Assembly: GCA_963771075.1 (NCBI GenBank)
Contig: CAVYSE010000022.1
Location: 1-33,652 of the forward strand
Reading direction: 5' to 3'
Source: a candidate division FCPU426 bacterium
GTDB taxonomy: Bacteria; Oederibacteriota; Muellerivitia; Muellerivitales; Muellerivitaceae
Length of the DNA stretch: 33,652 nt
The notes beneath the pieces are model-generated. The model saw nothing but the letters and a program-made list of their open reading frames with translations, had not been told where the DNA came from and did not search any database. The position numbers and the translations under genes were made by a program. The first letter of the stretch is position 1. Each line of letters begins with the position of its first letter. Below are positions 29,238 through 33,652 of the stretch, one piece after another.

Positions 29238-29346
29238 GGGATCCGCGTTGGCCGTCGATAGTCCCAAGTGTTTATGTTAATCTTTCCCTGCCTCAGGCCT
29301 TTTTTAGACGACAACCCCTGAAAGACAATGATTAAAGGTGCCTTTC

Positions 29347-30138
29347 ATGCATTTGAAGCTTTTCATACGCCGGATCGGCGCCCAGACCATCTACTTTATC
29401 GAGGAGATGGGACATTTGCTCCATCTCACCCTCCGTATCAATTTCTGGATGTTGAAAAAACCCTACGACCTGCGGTTGATCCTCCAACAAATGGTTCGGG
29501 TGGGTTTCGATTCGATCCCCGTGGCCATGACCACCGCCTTTTTCACCGGTATGGTGGTGGCGCTGCAATCGGGCTACACCCTGGAAACCAAGATGAAGGG
29601 AATTTCCCAATTCTTGGGGGCGGTGGTCTCCCTTTCCCTCGTGCGCGAACTGGGGCCGGTCCTGACCGCCATGGTCCTGGCGGGCCGCATGGGTTCGGCG
29701 GTGGCGGCGGAAATCGGCACCATGCAGGTCACTGAACAGGTGGACGCCCTGCATACCCTGGCGGCCAACCCGGTCAAATACCTGGCGGTACCGCGGTTCC
29801 TCGCCTTTTCCTTCATGATGCCCCTGCTGACCATCTTCGCCGATTTCACCGGTTGGACGGGCGGCCTCTTTGTTTGTACCCTCAAGTTCACTTCCTCCAC
29901 CGTCTATATCGACGCCACCCAACAGGCCGTGGAAACATCCGATATCGTCGGAGGATTGGTGAAGGCGCTGGTTTTCGGCAGTATCATCGCGGTGGTTTCA
30001 TGCCGGCAGGGATTCAACACGACCAACGGGGCGGAAGGCGTGGGCCGCGCCACGACCAACGCGGTGGTCTATTCCTTCATGTCCATTTTGGTGTCGGACT
30101 ACTTCCTGACGGCCATCTTGACCACCCTGAAAATATAG
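29347..30138 (+). CDS. mlaE: MlaE-family ABC transporter permease
   Basis: RELGPVLTA..LAGR.GSA.AAEIGTMQVTEQVDAL; GAEGVGRATT. Confidence 0.92.
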   Translation: MHLKLFIRRIGAQTIYFIEEMGHLLHLTLRINFWMLKKPYDLRLILQQMVRVGFDSIPVAMTTAFFTGMVVALQSGYTLETKMKGISQFLGAVVSLSLVRELGPVLTAMVLAGRMGSAVAAEIGTMQVTEQVDALHTLAANPVKYLAVPRFLAFSFMMPLLTIFADFTGWTGGLFVCTLKFTSSTVYIDATQQAVETSDIVGGLVKALVFGSIIAVVSCRQGFNTTNGAEGVGRATTNAVVYSFMSILVSDYFLTAILTTLKI

Positions 30139-30145
30139 GAATTCC

Positions 30146-30785
30146 ATGGTTCCCGTCATCCAACTTAAAAAAGTCTCCAAGCGATTCGGCAAGTTCGTGG
30201 TCTTGAACGAAATGGACCTGGAGGTTTTCCCCGGGGAGACCCTGGTCATCATCGGGCGCTCCGGGGTGGGGAAGAGCACCATCCTGAAGCACATCTCGGG
30301 GCTGATGACCCCGATTCGGGGGAAGTGTGGGTGGAAGGCCAGAAAATTGAACGCATGGCCGAAAACGAGCTCAACGAAATGCGGAAGAAAATGGGAGTGG
30401 TGTTCCAGGGAGCGGCCCTGTTCGATTCATTGACCGTGTTCGAGAACGTGGCTTTCCGCCTATTGCGGAATTAGAGATGCCCCGCGAAAAGGCCATGGAA
30501 GTTTGCCGCCAAAAACTGGAACTGGTGGGCCTCCAGGACGAGGTGGCCTTCCGCAAACCTTCCCAACTCTCGGGCGGCATGCGCAAGCGGGTGGGGCTGG
30601 CCCGCGCGATCGCCGTCGACCCGGAGATCATCCTTTACGATGAACCCACTTCCGGGTTGGACCCGGTAGACTTCCGAAGCCATCAACGAGTTGATCTTGG
30701 ACATGCAACGGAAGCTCTCCGTAACCTCCATCGTGGTTACCCACGATATGCAAAGCGCCTACAAGGTGGCGAACCGGATAGCCAT
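30146..30785 (+). CDS. mlaF: MlaF-family ABC ATPase (frameshifted by read errors, cut off by the fold-back)
   Basis: [37 protein letters not shown]. Confidence 0.85.
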
Positions 30786-33652
30786 GATCAACTCGTTGAT
30801 GGCTTCGGAAGTCACCGGGTCCAACCCGGAAGTGGGTTCATCGTAAAGGATGATCTCCGGGTCGACGGCGATCGCGCGGGCCAGCCCCACCCGCTTGCGC
30901 ATGCCGCCCGAGAGTTGGGAAGGTTTGCGGAAGGCCACCTCGTCCTGGAGGCCCACCAGTTCCAGTTTTTGGCGGCAAACTTCCATGGCCTTTTCGCGGG
31001 GCATCTCGAAATCCCGCAATAGGCGGAAAGCCACATTTCTCGAACACGGTCAATGAATCGAACAGGGCCGGGGCTGGAACACCACTCCCAGTTTCTTCCG
31101 CATTTCGTTGAGCTCGTTTTGGGCCGTGGGGAGAACTTTCTGGCCTTCCACCCAGGCTAACCCGAATCGGGGGTCATCAGCCCCAGATGTGCTTCAGGAT
31201 GGTGCTCTTCCCCACCCCGGAGCGCCCGATGATGACCAGGGTCTCCCCCGGGGAAAACCTCCAGGTCCATTTCGTTCAAGACCACGAACTTGCCGAATCG
31301 CTTGGAGACTTTTTTTAAGTTGGATGACGGGAACCATGGAATTCCTATATTTTCAGGGTGGTCAAGATGGCCGTGAGGAAGTAGTCCGACACCAAAATGG
31401 ACATGAAGGAATAGACCTGCGCGTTGGTCGTGGCGCGGCCCACGCCTTCCGCCCCGTTGGTCGTGTTGAATCCCTGCCGGCATGAAACCGCCGCGATGAT
31501 ACTGCCGAAAACCAGCGCCTTCACCAATCCTCCGACGATATCGGATGTTTCCACGGCCTGTTGGGTGGCGTCGATATAGACGGTGGAGGAAGTGAACTTG
31601 AGGGTACAAACAAAGAGGCCGCCCGTTCCAACCGGTGAAATAGGCAAAGATGGTCAGCAGGGGCATCATGAAGGAAAAGGCGAGGAACCGCGGTACCGCC
31701 AGGTATTTCAACCGGGTTGGCCGCCAGGTTGTGAGTGACCTGCATGAGCTGCATAAATTTCGCCGCCACCGCCGAACCCAGAGCCCAGACCCATGGGCGG
31801 TCAGGACCGGCCCCAGTTCGCGCACAAGGGAAAGGGAGACCACCGCCCCCAAGAATTGGGAAATTCCCTTCATCTTGGTTTCCAGGGTGTAGCCCGATTG
31901 CAGCGCCGCCCCCTACCGGTGAAAAAGGCGGTGGTCATGGCCACAGGGGATCGAATCGAGACCCACCCGAACCATTTGTTGGAGGATCAAGCGCAGGTCG
32001 TAGGGAAATTTCAACATCCAGAAATTGATACGGAGGGTGAGATGAAGACAATGTTCCCATCTCCTCGATAAAGTAGATGGTCTGGGCGCAATTTCAGCGT
32101 ATGAAAAGCCTCAAATAATGAAAGGCACTTTTTAATCATTGTCTTTTTCAGGGGTTGTCGTCTAAAAAGGCCTGAGGGCAGGGAAAGATTAACATAAACA
32201 CTTAAGAAAGGGACGGCCAACGCGGATCCCTTACTTGTTCGAAGAAACCTGTCGGCTTCTCCCGGGTAGGTTCGGCCGTCCCAAAATGCCGGGGGCCGGA
32301 AGATCAAGGGCTGGAATTCGGGGGGGCCATGCGGCCGATCTGGTACAGGGGTACATCCACTTCCAACAGACCGGGGCCGGGGAAGCGATGACGCGCGGTC
32401 CGAATAGAAGCTAAACCTGGTGCATCCAAGGAGAAGGAATCGTGATCTCAGTTCCGTGCAGAGATGTTTCCCGCCGAATTGGTTTCCATCAAAGGTCCGG
32501 AAATGTTCTTTTTGACCACGCAGGCCAAAGGACGTTCTTCCAATCCGAATCAGCAAAAAAGGTCCGGCAACTTGATCCTTACGTTGTTTTTGAGCGTGAG
32601 TAGTTATAGGTGCTGAAGATCCAACGGGACTGGGGGTTGCGAAACCTCCGGGCGGATCGCGACGCTTCTGAGTCCTCCCCGAAATCGCCCACCACCTCCA
32701 CCTGGGGCTCATAGGGGAAAGTCTTCCCCGACCAGCTTTTGCGCTGGCGCTTGTATTCTTTTTGGGCCAGGTTCGGATTCCCTGGGCCACGTTTCGGATT
32801 CGAGATCGGGGGCAGATCCATTTTCGGCGGCGCGAAGGACCGGCTCCGCGAGTGAATGGCCTCGGCGACATAAAGGCCAGGATCGGGACGGAACAACATC
32901 GATATAGGTTGGTTATGATTTTTTTTTCAATGGACAACTCAACTAGGGTCCAATAACGAGTGGAACTAAACGTAAAGGCGTGACACCCTTTCACCTACCG
33001 CGCAAAGCAGTTCGTAGGAAATGGTCCCGGCCAGGGCCGCCCTCTTCTTCCACCCCGATTACGGCCTCGCCCTGCCGGGGCCAAAAAAGACAACCTCATC
33101 CCCCACCTTGGCCCCCCGCGCTTTCGTGGCGTCCAGCATGAGCATGTCCCATGCAAACGGTGCCGATTGGGCGCTCTTCCGGCCGCCCATCAGGAATGGG
33201 GCCTTGTTGGAAAGGTTCCGGTGCACCCCATCAGCATAGCCCAAAGGCACGGTCGCCACCACCACGCTCTTTCGGGCGGTATAGGTACGGCCGTAACTGA
33301 CCGATTCCCCACGATCTTCTTTAAATGGATGATCTTGGCCTTGACCTGCATGACCGGGGCTAAGTCAACCTTGTTCTTAAAGGCCGGATTCGGATGGGGG
33401 TCCCATAAAGGGCGATGCCGGGCCGCACCCAGGTGCCGGCGGAGGGGCTGAAATTAGTAAGAGCGCGGCGCTGTTGCACCAGCGCTGGGTAGTGGGAAGA
33501 AACCCTCTTTTTGGCGGAGGTGTTCCAACGCCTGGTTGAACTCAGGGTAATCTGTTTCCAGGCGTATTTAGGGGTGGGTCCAATCGGCGGTGGCCAAGTG
33601 GGTATAGAGGGCTTGGAGCCTGAGACTGGGGATGCTTCGGATGGCTTTTATT
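30786..33652 (-). other. Error-rich inverted copy of ~27821-30696 (fold-back chimera)
   Basis: 30786 GATCAACTCGTTGATGGCTTCGGAAG is the reverse complement of 30671-30696; the mirror continues through mlaF, mlaE, DUF3298 and alr with many indels. Confidence 0.92.

Noticed and set aside
30697..30790. Hairpin telomere of a linear replicon or a real gene duplication
   Set aside because: The junction is asymmetric with an 89-nt loop inside a housekeeping gene, and the mirror arm has read-like indel noise

Overview
Bacterial chromosomal window with a GC-rich core. The paired Thr-rich/FlgD-Ig surface proteins resemble those of the FCPU426/Goldbacteria-type lineages, but this taxonomy is only a guess. 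Gene content: two large Thr/Pro-rich secreted proteins, a Bor-like/TPR lipoprotein, sugar metabolism genes (class I aldolase, PfkB kinase, PPi-dependent PFK, GH10 xylanase, SDR), the rpsF-ssb-rpsR-DUF2232-rplI operon, an XRE/ImmA pair, dnaB, alr and mlaE/mlaF. The last ~2.9 kb is an error-rich reverse-complement copy of 27.8-30.7 kb, most likely a long-read fold-back artefact; the frameshifts in fbaB, dnaB and mlaF are probably read errors too. Two non-coding structures stand out. (1) Two separate integron-like loci (14.5-16.2 kb and 20.1-21.1 kb) share an identical terminator, a tRNA-3'-end-like entry site and a conserved 27-bp site after each AT-rich single-gene cassette, with no recombinase in the window. 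(2) An array of nine perfect 19-25 bp palindromes (24164-24660) has conserved edges, variable but fully complementary arms, and centres spaced at near-integral helical turns; it lies between an hsdR remnant and the XRE/ImmA pair. Several MITE-like elements are also present, one of which has replaced the 3' end of the pfkB gene.
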